A stretch of DNA of 64,000 nucleotides, taken from Vicugna vicugna. Its lineage: Eukaryota. This document shows positions 52,459 to 64,000 of this stretch, one piece after another. The stretch covers positions 372,001-436,000 of the forward strand of contig MU057744.1 of the NCBI GenBank assembly GCA_013265495.1. Direction: 5' to 3'. Position 1 is the stretch's first letter; each line of letters begins with the position of its first letter. Position numbers and translations under genes: made by a program. The notes under the pieces are model-generated. The model did not search any database, was not told the DNA's origin, and was given only the letters and a program-made list of their open reading frames with translations.

Positions 52459-52592
52459 GGGGGGAGGGGACAGCTCAGCGGTAAAGCATATACTTAGCAT
52501 GCAGGAGGTCCTGGGTTCAAGCCCCAGTACGGCCATTAAAATAAACAAATAAAACTAATTACCTCCCCTTCAAAAAAAATTTAAAGGAAAAA
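52459..52592 (+). mobile_element. tRNA-derived SINE (Vic-1-like) with TSD
   Basis: TSD aagatgtttct at 52448-52458 and 52593-52603. Confidence 0.9.
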
Positions 52593-53914
52593 AAGATGTT
52601 TCTACTGCTTTTAGTTTTCAAAGTACCAAGTGAAAAAGGAAAGTTAGGAGTCTGCAAAGTTTCACTTAGAATGAAAATACTCCATTACTTGACTAGATGC
52701 ACAATATCCAACTAAGGTCAAAGTTAATTTATGTAACGAGTACTGATCCCCTCACTTATAGCCCTGTTCCTTTCCAAGGTCTACTTCCTCATTTCCTTAG
52801 TCTTGCCTGATCTCATTGGATGGCAGATAAGTGTCTAGATGATGATCTAAGAGACAGGGAAAAACTTATCCCAAAAAACTAAGAAATTTCCAGGCTAACC
52901 TACTGAGTTTTAAACTTGATTATAGGGTTTTTGCTTGTTTATGGACCCTAAAAGATACACAGGTCATAAATATCCCAAGAAAGCTCTCCAAGTAGCTTCC
53001 AGTAGAGCTCACTCATTATCCAAAAATCCCCCCCAAAAACAAAAAAACAAAAACCCTAAAAACCAAAACAAAACAAACTTGTAAAGTACAAACAGACGTT
53101 ACAAAACATTTTTTACATATGGCACTCTTTCCTCAGCTCACCTTACAAAACCCTAAAGAAACAAAACAGAAAAGCCTAATCTGTTAACAGGTTAAATGCC
53201 CTGTAACATTGCGTTTTCAATTAAATCATTTAAATGGTATCTTAATTCGACTCAGGTGACACAAATAACCTTTTCAAAGAGCTTGTGGTTTGTCTAAAAG
53301 GATTTTCAGAGATTGCTACCGAAATAAAGAACTTCAATTACAACGAGTTTCTATACTTTCTAAGTTAAGGCACAGAGCCATCTCAGAATTGCAAATTTTT
53401 AATTCTAATTCTCAAAAATATTAGATAACAGAACAACTGTTTGGGGGAGTAGTGGCAAGAAAAAAAATCCCCAGTGTAGTTTAAAAAAAAACCAACTATT
53501 ACCTCATCTTTAAAACTGCCTTCTAAGCTTCTTTCTAAGTCTTAGGGCAAGCCCTTAAAAAAGAAAAGGAAAAAAGGGAGGGGGGAGCCTTAAGTAGTGT
53601 TCAGAGCGGTGGAATTCATTAACAAAAACAACAAAAAGATCCACTGGGCGGTGGGCAAAGCATTGTTTCTTAAGCTGGGAAGCGAACATGCACAAAGCCT
53701 TCTTTAACACGAGAGGGTAACTTTTAGAGCAGACGGACAGGATCGTTAAAAAAAACTTGATAATCTCGTGCATATTTCATCAGGAGGCTTTGCAAACCAA
53801 ATTCCCAGGAACAACTCCACTCACGCCCTATTTCATACCCAGATTTGCTGAACCGACTCCCATCGCAGAGTTTGCAAAGGCTACCGAACACTGTGTACCC
53901 TTCCAGCCAAGTTA

Positions 53915-54979
<1,065 letters not shown>

Positions 54980-55607
54980 CTAAGATTTAAAGGAGATCTG
55001 AGGGAGAACGCTCGTTTTCAGCCACGCCGAACTTCCTTCTGCCGAATGCCAGTCTCGTGTAGGGGATGGGAGCTTGCTGCCGTCTCCTTGGCCCGAAGTG
55101 CAGGGCGAGGCAGCCCAGTTACCTGTGTCTTCAGGAAAGACTCATCAAGTGTCATCAGTTCTGGTGCAGGCGGGCCCGGCTCTCTGCCTGGTTCCGTACG
55201 CTAGGAAGTCCGGAGGAGTAAGGCCGCGCCCAGGGGATCTGGCCGTGGAGACGGGCAGCTATGGTCCAATGGAGGGTAAAACCCCACGTGCCCCGGTTTC
55301 GAACGGGCGCGGGGAGGCTGCGAGCAGCACAGGTGCGCGCACCTGCAGTGGGACCCGGGCAGCAGAGGCGGTGTCTTAGGCACGTCAGCACCAGTTTAAT
55401 TCCAGCAAAACGATCCTCTATTAAAATGACTGGCTTTTTATTGGATTGTTTTGTTGTAGCGTCTGTACTAGATTAGATTTTAAAATTTCTTTTGTATAAA
55501 AGCGATGAGCCTAAGGATATAAATTCCTTACGTTTGTACTATTTAAGGAAAATATGAAAAACAATTAATACGAGGTCAGAAGTCATTTGTCCCTTCAAAG
55601 ATATTTG

Positions 55608-56072
55608 CATATTCGTTAGTTATCGATTGCTAGCTAACAAATTACCCCAAAACTCTTTTTAAAGAAAACAACAATAATCATTTACTATGTCTCACGGTTT
55701 CTGTGAATCTGGAATGTGGGAGCCGAGTTCTGGCTCGGGGTCTCCCACAAGGTTGCAGGCTGCGCCGTTTCCTAGGCGGCTCACTTCCAGAGCTGCCGAG
55801 CTGGTGTTCTCTTCGGCCTAACTGGGCCTCTCCAGCAAGCTGCCGCCTTATCCCCTCCCCTGGCGACCTGCTTCCCCAAGAGCTGGAGACCCAAGAGACC
55901 ACTGCAGGTGGTCGCTGCCCCTTATGATGAATCCCTGGAAGACACACACTGTCACTTATGTAGATTCTATTGGTCACACAGACGGGCTCAGATTCACTTG
56001 GGAGGGACCCCAGAGGTGGAATACCAGGAGGCAGAGATGATTGGGGGACATATTAGGGGCTGGTTACCCCAG
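55608..56072 (-). mobile_element. MLT1-type MaLR LTR remnant
   Basis: taacaaattaccccaaaact...aaacaacaataatcatttact...ctcacggtttctgtg matches the recalled reverse-strand MLT1 signature. Confidence 0.65.
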
Positions 56073-56744
56073 GCTATAGTGCAAATTTGAGGAACACTAC
56101 TGTTTCTTAACAGCAGGGGAGTCTTTAGGACCCCTACATACTCACCATGGCCCCTGAAGACCCCAAAGACAAGAAACAGCAATTTGTCATTCTTGCGGGA
56201 AAGGTGGAATTAGTAGCCTGAGATCCTTGTGACTTATGAGCAAATGTCATCAAGACCTGAGTGCCCCTTTCCCAGGGGCAACTGTGCACACATTGCAATA
56301 AGGAAGGAGAATATGTAGTGGCTACAAATGTTTTGTTAGACATTCTTCTTTGTTTAGAAAGTCTGCTGAACTGCTTTCTCCATTTCAATTAAAGAGATTG
56401 TCAAGAAAGTAATAATTGGATATCTCTAAGGGTGTCCTGTTTTTTATTGTCAAGAAAGGCATTCACATGCCTCTCTTGATGTCTAAAAATTTTCATCTTG
56501 TGATTGAAGAATTATAACTTAATCCCCAAAGAGGAATAACCCCTGATTTAGATAGGCAGATCATTTATCAAATACTTATTGCACACCTCTTATGTGTCAG
56601 GCATTTTTGTAGGTACTTGGGATACACTGATGAACAAAACAAAGATGCGTGTCCTGTGGTGATGTGGGCAGGGGCGGACTATAAACTACAGATATAATAA
56701 AGAAACACATTTTACCAGCAAGTGGAAGATAAGTGCTACAGAAA

Positions 56745-56865
56745 GGAGGGAGGGTACAGCTCAGTGGTAGAGCACATGCTTAGCCGGCATGAGGTCCTGG
56801 GTTCAATCTCCAGTGCCTCCATTAAAATAAATAAAGAACTTAATTACTTCCCCCCTACCAAAATA
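56745..56865 (+). mobile_element. tRNA-derived SINE (Vic-1-like) with TSD
   Basis: TSD aagtgcta(c/t)agaaa at 56731-56744 and 56866-56879. Confidence 0.9.
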
Positions 56866-58698
56866 AAGTGCTATAGAAAATAAGAAAAGTAGAGCGGGGT
56901 ACGGGAATTGGGAACATGGGACTGAAATGGGACAGACTTCATTATTAAATAGCAGAATTAAACAACTGTTCAGAATTACAGTGAGCACTAAAGGGAGGGA
57001 TAAACAAAGCCATCCTAACACATTAACTGATCAAGATGTGCCTTCCAGTTACCAAGATGCTTTCAGCTAGAGGAAAGCTCACTGCTGTCTGCCAGACCTA
57101 GGATAGAGAGTCATGAGTAACCCTTTAGCATCATTAGATCTCACCACCATGGCGGGAGCTGCCTATACCACCTACTGATAGATCCAGTCAGCCCTCCATC
57201 TACTTGTTACCTGTTATCACCTGATAAGCTTCAGATTCACGTGGGTAAAGATCACAAGACAGACAAGATCTATAGTGGAAAGGATAAAATGTTTAAACCC
57301 GGAGACACTGTAAAAGATCTGTGGAGACAAAGTGCTCACAGACTAAGATGTGAACAAGTTAACAGAGAATTAGATTCAGGGAGAAGCAAACCAGGACAGT
57401 TGGCCACCCTGACTGCAAGTCAGTGTGATGGAATCACCGAGCGTGACTGCAGAGAAAAGGAGGAGGTATCTGACCCACCCCAAGGCACCCCCGAGGAGGC
57501 TATCCCTTGAAAACATGGCGCTGGGGCTTGAAATCGAAGAGGCCAAAGAGTTAGCAAGCCCAGAGGGTAAGAAGGGCATTCAAGAGCATCCTAGGCAAAA
57601 ATAAATAATGAAAACAAACCCGAAACAGTGATGACATGGCCATCAGGGGAAGCCAAGCATTGTGGTATGGCCTTAGCAAGGTGAGACCGGGCACTGGTGA
57701 GAAGGTGAACAGGGGGCTAGGGCCAGATCATGGTCACATGCTTCTCTAAGGAATTTGGACTTTATCGGGAAGGCTCTGGGGAAGAATTTTTTTCCCGACT
57801 ACAAAAGGAATACATAATTATAAAAAGGAACTCAGAAAATACAGTTTATAAAGAGGAAATGACATCACACCAAATACAAATCATATGTTGCTTTTTTCCA
57901 TTTAAAAACCTTTGCAATCATCCTGAAAATACAAATTTATATCCATCTCTTTTCACCTAACATCTAAGCATTTTCACATTTAATTAGTAGTAGAAAATAT
58001 AACTTAATTGTGTAATCACTTGTCCACACTGTAATTTCTTACCTGGTCCCTTAATGGACATATGGGTTATTTCCATGTTTCTATAATAATAACAATGGCA
58101 CTTCTGTGTATAGTATTTTACCCACATTTCAGATGATTTCCTTTTTATATATTATTTTAAGACTCTTTGTTCATATTGACATGGTATCAATGTATGTGCC
58201 TGACTTTAACAAGTATATTTCTATCTCATCCTACTTACCCTAGCATTAAAAAAAATTCTTTTCTAATTCAAAGGGCAAACATTTTTTCATTAATGAGATT
58301 AAATATTTTTATGTTTATTAGGTGATTCTATTTCTTATTTGGTAAATTATCTGTGTATTTTGCCTTTTATTTATTTCTAAGAGCTCTTTATATATTAAGG
58401 ATATTAAACCTTTATATTTGTATTTGTTGAAAGTAGTTCTCTCAGTTTCCTTGTCTTTTAATTTTTTTTGCAGCTTTAACAACTTTGTAATGTTTGCAAA
58501 TATTCCTATTTAATAAAGAGCAATATAGGTACAAATAAATGAATCACTATGTTGTGTACACTAGAAATTAATATAACATTGTAAATGGACTTTGATAAAA
58601 AAAGAGAAAAACACTTTAAATTTTGATGAGTTCAAATCATCAGTATTCTCTTTCTTCTGAAATTTTAGGCCATTTCTGATCATGAGATCTCATCCATA

Positions 58699-58939
58699 CA
58701 GGCATATCTCAGAGATGTGGGGTCTGTTCCAGGCCACTGCAATAAAGTGAATATTGCAGTGAAGTGACTCATGAATTCTTTGGTTTTTCCAGTGCACATA
58801 AAGGTATGTTTACACTATATTGTAGCCTATTAAGTGTGTAATAGCATTATCTCTAAAAAAAAAAGAAAACCAATGTACATATCTTAATTAAAAAATACTC
58901 TGTTGCTAAAAAATGCTAACCATCATCTGACAACTCAGG
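58699..58939 (-). mobile_element. Tigger1-family terminal fragment
   Basis: TA|CAGGCATATCTCAGAGAT...gtttacactatattgtagcctattaagtgtg...ttgctaaaaaatgctaaccatcatctga. Confidence 0.8.
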
Positions 58940-58945
58940 CTTTGA

Positions 58946-59279
58946 ATAATACCCAGAAGTGGAATTGCTAGATCATATGCTAGTTCTATTTTTAATTTTT
59001 TGAGGAATCTCCATACTGTTCTTCATGGTGGCTGCACCAATTTACATCCCCACCAAGAGAACACAAGGGTTCCCTTTTCTCCACATCCTCGCCAACACAT
59101 GTTACTTCTGGTCTTTTCGATGACAGCCATTCTAACAGGCATAAGGTGACATCTCGTGGTGGTTTTCATTTGCATTTCCCTAATAGTGAGTGATCTTGAT
59201 CATCTTTCCATCTACCTGTTGACCATCTGTATGTCTTTTCTGGAAAAATGTCTGTTCAGATCCTCTGCCCATTTTTTAA
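58946..59279 (-). mobile_element. LINE-1 ORF2 fragment
   Basis: atacccagaagtggaattgctagatcatatg...ttttctccacatcctcgccaac...ctctgcccattttt (reverse complement of L1). Confidence 0.88.
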
Positions 59280-59359
59280 CAGGGTCCAATCCTCATTTGC
59301 CAACCAATGAAGTACCCTTGAAAATCTCTTAAGTAGCCAAAAATTATATTATGTGTATT

Positions 59360-59430
59360 ATCCACAGATTTTTGCACACACAAAACCAATTGTGCATAAT
59401 AAGGTTTTGTGTGTGCAAAAATCTGTGGAT
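59360..59430. repeat. Perfect 28-bp inverted repeat with 15-nt spacer
   Basis: 59360-59387 is the exact reverse complement of 59403-59430. Confidence 0.97.
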
Positions 59431-60179
59431 TTTTTCCTTCTAATTCTTTATCATCAGTGTTTCTCTACAGTTCTTCAGTTGCTCACTCTCTTATCCAAGG
59501 AAACCATCTTGCTTAGACACCTAAACAATAAAGTTCACTTTTTTGGGAAGGCTTTAAAGCCAATCAAGCTTTCTTTTCAAGGGTTTCAGGACTACTGGCA
59601 TCCTTTCCCTAGGGCACATTGCTGCCCGAGTAACGTGTACTATTTAGGTGATTTCTTCTCTTTCTTTTTCAGCCAACAGTTGAATTCTTTTAAGTTGAGA
59701 ATGAACTTAAATGACGTGGCTCAGATCATCTTTGCAGAAGACAACCTTTTTACACCACCAGATGGGAACGCTTAACATCTCAGTCTGAAGCATCTTGACT
59801 CTTGTTTTTTGATTATCCTGCTTGTTCAGGGGTCCTCCAGAAAGAGTAGGAAAACAGATACTGCCAGAGTGTCTTACAAAAATGTGTGCAAGGGGGAGGG
59901 AGGAGGCTGGTGTAGTGGGAGCTGAATGAATGAGAAGGAGAATAACAGGGATGATGAGGTCGGGGATGCAGCCTCCGGCAAGAATGTGGTACAAAGCAGG
60001 GGAGGATGTTAGCTTTTACACTGATATGGAGAGTAGCTGCTTGATGCTTTTGAGCAGAGAAGTGACGTGATCTGGCATGCCTTAGGAGGACCGTTCACAT
60101 TGCTATGTTGAGAATAGATTGGCTGAGGGTGGGGTAAGTCTACCAGGGGTAGCAGAGGAGGAAGAGGATGGGTAGCATG

Positions 60180-60581
60180 TGTACTCTGAGACGAGCTGCA
60201 GCAGCAAGGACCAACCAGAAGACAGAGGGTGGAACTCAGCTTCCATATGGGAACTGAATGGTAAGAGGTGCAAGGGATGGATTGAGGGGAAGCTGTGGGG
60301 TACCACCCAGGTGCCCCCTTCCGGATGGAGAGTGGACTGTGATGACTCTCAGTTGACTCTCCCTTTGGAAATGGCTCTGAGCTGAAGGATGCTGTCTGCC
60401 CAAGGGTGTAACTCTCCTCAGCTGAGGCAACCTGCATCCAGTGACTAGTTAAGTTCAACGGCATCTCCCCAGTTCTGCTTTGTTGGCTCCCTTCCACGTG
60501 TCTCCAAGAGCGGCCCCCCGGAAGCCTCCTGCACACTACCTGAATTTCAGAGTCTGCTTCCCGGGCAACCCAACCTAAGAC
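60180..60581 (+). mobile_element. ERVL LTR16-like remnant
   Basis: Ends tcagagtctgcttcccgggcaacccaacctaagaca, typical of LTR16-type 3' ends; 5' boundary uncertain. Confidence 0.55.
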
Positions 60582-60589
60582 AGTGATTC

Positions 60590-61150
60590 TGTTAAAATGT
60601 AAGTAAGACTGTCCCATTTCTCAACCTGAAACCCTGCCGTGACCACCAGTTCACTCACAAGGAAACCAAAGTACTTACAATGGCCTACAGGCCCTATAAC
60701 CTCATTCCCTGTCACCCTCCCCCTCACTGCCTTGGCTCCCGAGCCACACCAGTCTCTTTGCCGTCTCTTGAATATGACAGAGACCTTCTTGCCCCAGGAT
60801 CTTTGCACTGTCTGTTGCTTCTGCTTGTCCTCCAGATGTCTTCATGACTCGCTCCTTCTTCTCCTTCAAGTCAGCTAAACTGTCACCTTCTCAAGGAAGC
60901 CTAATCTGTCCATTTCACTGAAAATTACAGCCTCCCCTCCACACCACTGATCTCCAGTACTCTACCCTACTTCCCTTACCACCTTCTAACACACTGTACA
61001 ATCTACTCATTTTGTTGTTGCTGCTTATGGCCTATTGTCCTGCGTAGAGCAGGAACTTTCCCCTTCCACTTCGTTCACTGACATATCCCAGAACATGGCA
61101 CTTTGTAGATGTTTCACCAGTATTGCTGAGTGAACGACCAAATGAATGAA
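60590..61150 (+). mobile_element. LINE-2 3' remnant
   Basis: ccagga-tctttgcact...caccttctcaaggaagcc...cccagaacatggcac...tgagtgaacgaccaaatgaatgaat. Confidence 0.7.
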
Positions 61151-61397
61151 TTTGGAAATCCTTATCAAGTTGACAGTAGTAGAGTTCATGGCGTGTGGTT
61201 ACACAGGGATAGGGTGCAGAGCAAAGATGAACAGAGACACAAGCATTTAGGTGCAAGCAGAGGAAGAGGAAATTGCAAAGGACACTGAGAAGAAGCCAGA
61301 AAACAAGAGAAAGGGTCACCAAAGACAGGGGTGATGCGAGGAAGAGAAGAAGCCACTGTGAACAGTGTCATCAGTGAATGAACAAGGTAAAGACCTA

Positions 61398-62337
61398 AGA
61401 CTGAACGTGTCCTCCAGATTCATCTATTGAAATCTAATCCCCAACATAACAGTATTTGCAGGTGGGGCCTTTGGGAAGTAGTAAGGCCACAAAGGTGGAG
61501 CTCTCATGATAAGATCAGTGCCTTTATGAACCCTCCTACACTGTTGGTGGGAATGTAGTTTGGTGCAGCCACTGTGGAAAACCGTATGGAGATTCCTTCA
61601 AAAACTAAAAATAGATTTACCATATGATCCAGCAATTCCACTCCTGGGCATGTATCCAGAGAAAACTCTAATTCAAAAAGATACAAGCACCCCAATGTTC
61701 ACAGCAGCACTGTTTACAATAGCCAAGACATGGAAGCAACCTAAATGTCCATCGACAGATGACTGGATAAAGAAGATATGGTGTAATTATACAATGGAAT
61801 ACTACTCATCCATGAAAAAGAATGAAGTATTGCCTTTTGCAGCAACATGGATGGACCTAGAGATTATCATACTAAGTTAAGTTAGTCAGAGAAAGACAAA
61901 TATCAAGTATCAGTTATATGTGGAATCTAAAATATGATATGAATAAACTTATTTACAAAATAGAGAGAGACTAACAGACAGAAAACAAACTTATGGTTAC
62001 CAGGGCAGAGAAGGGGTAGGGAGGGATAAACTGGGAGTTGGGGATTTACAGATACAAATTACTATGTATATATATAAAATAATATATAAAACTACAATTT
62101 TAAAAAAACAGTTAATGCCCTTGTAAGAAGAGGCCAGAGAGCTAGGTCATTCCTATTACCAACTTCTACAATAAGAAGTTGGCAGTCTACAACCCAGAAG
62201 AGGGCTCACCAGAACCCAACCATGCTGGCACCTTGATCTCAGACTTGCAGCCTTCAGAACTGCAGGAAATGGATTTCTGTCGTTTATAAGCCAAGCAGTC
62301 TGAGGTGCTTTGTTACAGCGGCCCAAACTCAAAGACA
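61398..62337 (+). mobile_element. MLT1A-like MaLR solo LTR, split by an L1
   Basis: ttgaaatctaatcccca...ggtggggcctttgggaag / ccatgctggcaccttgatctcagacttgcagcc...tttgttacagcggccc...aagaca. Confidence 0.75.
61531..62108 (+). mobile_element. LINE-1 3' end inserted into a MaLR LTR
   Basis: ORF 61560-61880 [29 protein letters not shown]...; 3'UTR follows. Confidence 0.92.
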
Positions 62338-62730
62338 GAAAAGTGTCTACTGACCTGGTGGTGGGTAGGTAACAGGCAGTTCTGAGGAGTAGTTAGGGCA
62401 GAAGGGAGGGTACTGTGAGTGGAGGAAAGAATAAAAAGGGAAAACGGTGTACAGATTCCTTCTTCAAGAAGCTTGCTTGTAAAGGATAAACTGTACTCTC
62501 CCTCCTAATACAGAACAGTTTCTGTTAACATCACCAGTGCCATTCCAGTACATGCACTGCTCTATGCGCACATTTCTTATTTGTCCATACAAAATTTTTA
62601 GTCAGGTTCAATTTCTATAGAACTTGGGGGACCCTGCTATTGAAGATTGTAAGTATTTTTAAATGATTATGAATTACACCAAATTTCCTGTTATTAAAGA
62701 CAAGGCTAGACAGGTCCAAAGATTTTGAAA

Positions 62731-62859
62731 TTTTTAATTTTTTTTTGGAGTGGAAGGCAATTATGCTTATTTGTTTCTTTATTAATGGAGGGACTGGGGA
62801 TTGAACCCAGGACCTGTGCATGCTAAGCACGCGCCCTACCACTGAGCTATCCCCTCCCC
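62731..62859 (-). mobile_element. tRNA-derived SINE (Vic-1-like)
   Basis: Reverse complement of the family: gggattgaacccaggacc...ctaccactgagctatcccctcccc. Confidence 0.85.
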
Positions 62860-64000
62860 GCAAAGATAAAACATTTTAGAAATTCAGAATGGTAAAGGAA
62901 AGAGCACACATTATTCAAGCCATCTTGTCAGAATCTAGTATCATAAAAGTTAAAATTCAGAAAACTTTGTCAGAGAAGAAACAGAATTAGAGCATTCTCT
63001 GCAGCTCCAGCAGACAAACTTGAGTTTGCATTTATGAGTTATGTGGCTGCGAGCGAGGACAGTCCTTAATCTCTTTAGGCCTCCTAAAGGTTCCTAATCC
63101 GTGAAATGAGATTCACAGGGCACATACTTCAGCGAGTTGTTTTGAACAGTAAAACAGAAAACACATGGGGAAAGGCTGTGAAGGCGAGCATCCCGCTCTC
63201 CGCTAGACACGAGCATGAAGGCAGCTAGGCTAACACGAGCCTTGTGCAACCTCAACCCTTGGAAAATGTATCGCAAAGATTTAGAACGTGAAATGAATTC
63301 TAACAGTTGCCTTAAAACAAACAAGCAAACAAACAAAATCCCCAAAAGGACTGGACAGAACCTAATTCAGTATTTTTTCTACTTGACAACTCAGATCCCA
63401 GTGATCCAGGCACATCCTGACCCAGGGAGAGGTCTCCCTACAAGGGAATTTAGGGACAAAAATTGCAACGTTTGGATTAGGGTCAGAGTTCAAACTCCTC
63501 CTCGCGTCTTGTCTTTTTTTTAACTAAATGAACTGTATTTCTCTGTGCCTTCCTCCCTTTCCTCTTCAGCTTGATGGAAATGCTAAAAGCAAGCCACAAC
63601 ATCAACCATATCAACTTCCGTGGGTGGCGGGCTCAGCCCTGGCGGCGTCCACCCCGCGTCAAGGCCCGGCCTCAGTGCAGAGGCCCTGCTGGCTGAGGCG
63701 CGTCCCTCGGCCAGTCTGGAGCTGGCGAAGCAACAGTCACCCGTGGCTTTGACCACAAACAAGAAGCGTCCACTGTCTTTGTAAGACTCCCTAAAATGCC
63801 CTTATTCTGGGAAATTCTACTGGCTCTCTGATGACGTTATGGACTAATTTGTTCATTGACTAATTGACATACACATTTCAGTGGCTGGAGGTGGGAGTGG
63901 GTTTGGGGAGGAGGGCTGGCGGGAGGTAGGTGCTGGAAATGACTGAGGCCATGGGAAGCGTAAAAACAAAAAAGGCTACGGCTTGCACCGTGGAGATCTC

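Noticed and set aside
60009..60617. 202-aa minus-strand ORF
   Set aside because: Runs through LTR and L2 remnants, non-ATG start, no recognisable homology.
62159..62182. Small hairpin ccaacttct...agaagttgg inside the MLT1A-like LTR
   Set aside because: 9-bp stem inside a decayed repeat; no support for function.

Overview
Mammalian genomic DNA, very probably from a camelid: about 11 copies of a ~120-bp tRNA-derived SINE match my recollection of the camelid Vic-1 family. Two genes lie tail-to-tail. On the + strand are the last 8 coding exons of TBCE (tubulin-folding cofactor E; end of the LRR region and the C-terminal ubiquitin-like domain; 181-6241, poly(A) signal 6411). On the - strand is the complete 12-exon B3GALNT2 CDS (54385 to 7476; 1503 nt, 500 aa, GT-AG splice sites, DDD motif intact) with a CpG-island promoter carrying CTCF-like and ZNF143-like motifs. 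The rest is intron and intergenic DNA full of L1, L2, MIR, SINE, MaLR/ERVL LTR and DNA-transposon remnants. I found no new gene system. The most notable observations are a ~370-bp element joining an L1 5' end to an L1 3' end, an apparent L1 3' transduction, an L1 ORF2 fragment ending at an internal poly(A) signal, a SINE-SINE-L1 composite inside one target-site duplication (TSD), a perfect 28-bp inverted repeat, a GC-rich patch over two TBCE exons, and a probable antisense overlap of the B3GALNT2 3'UTR with the last TBCE exons. Gene identities, exon numbering and repeat family names come from recalled human and consensus sequences, not from database searches. Repeat boundaries are approximate unless a TSD or terminal inverted repeat (TIR) is given.
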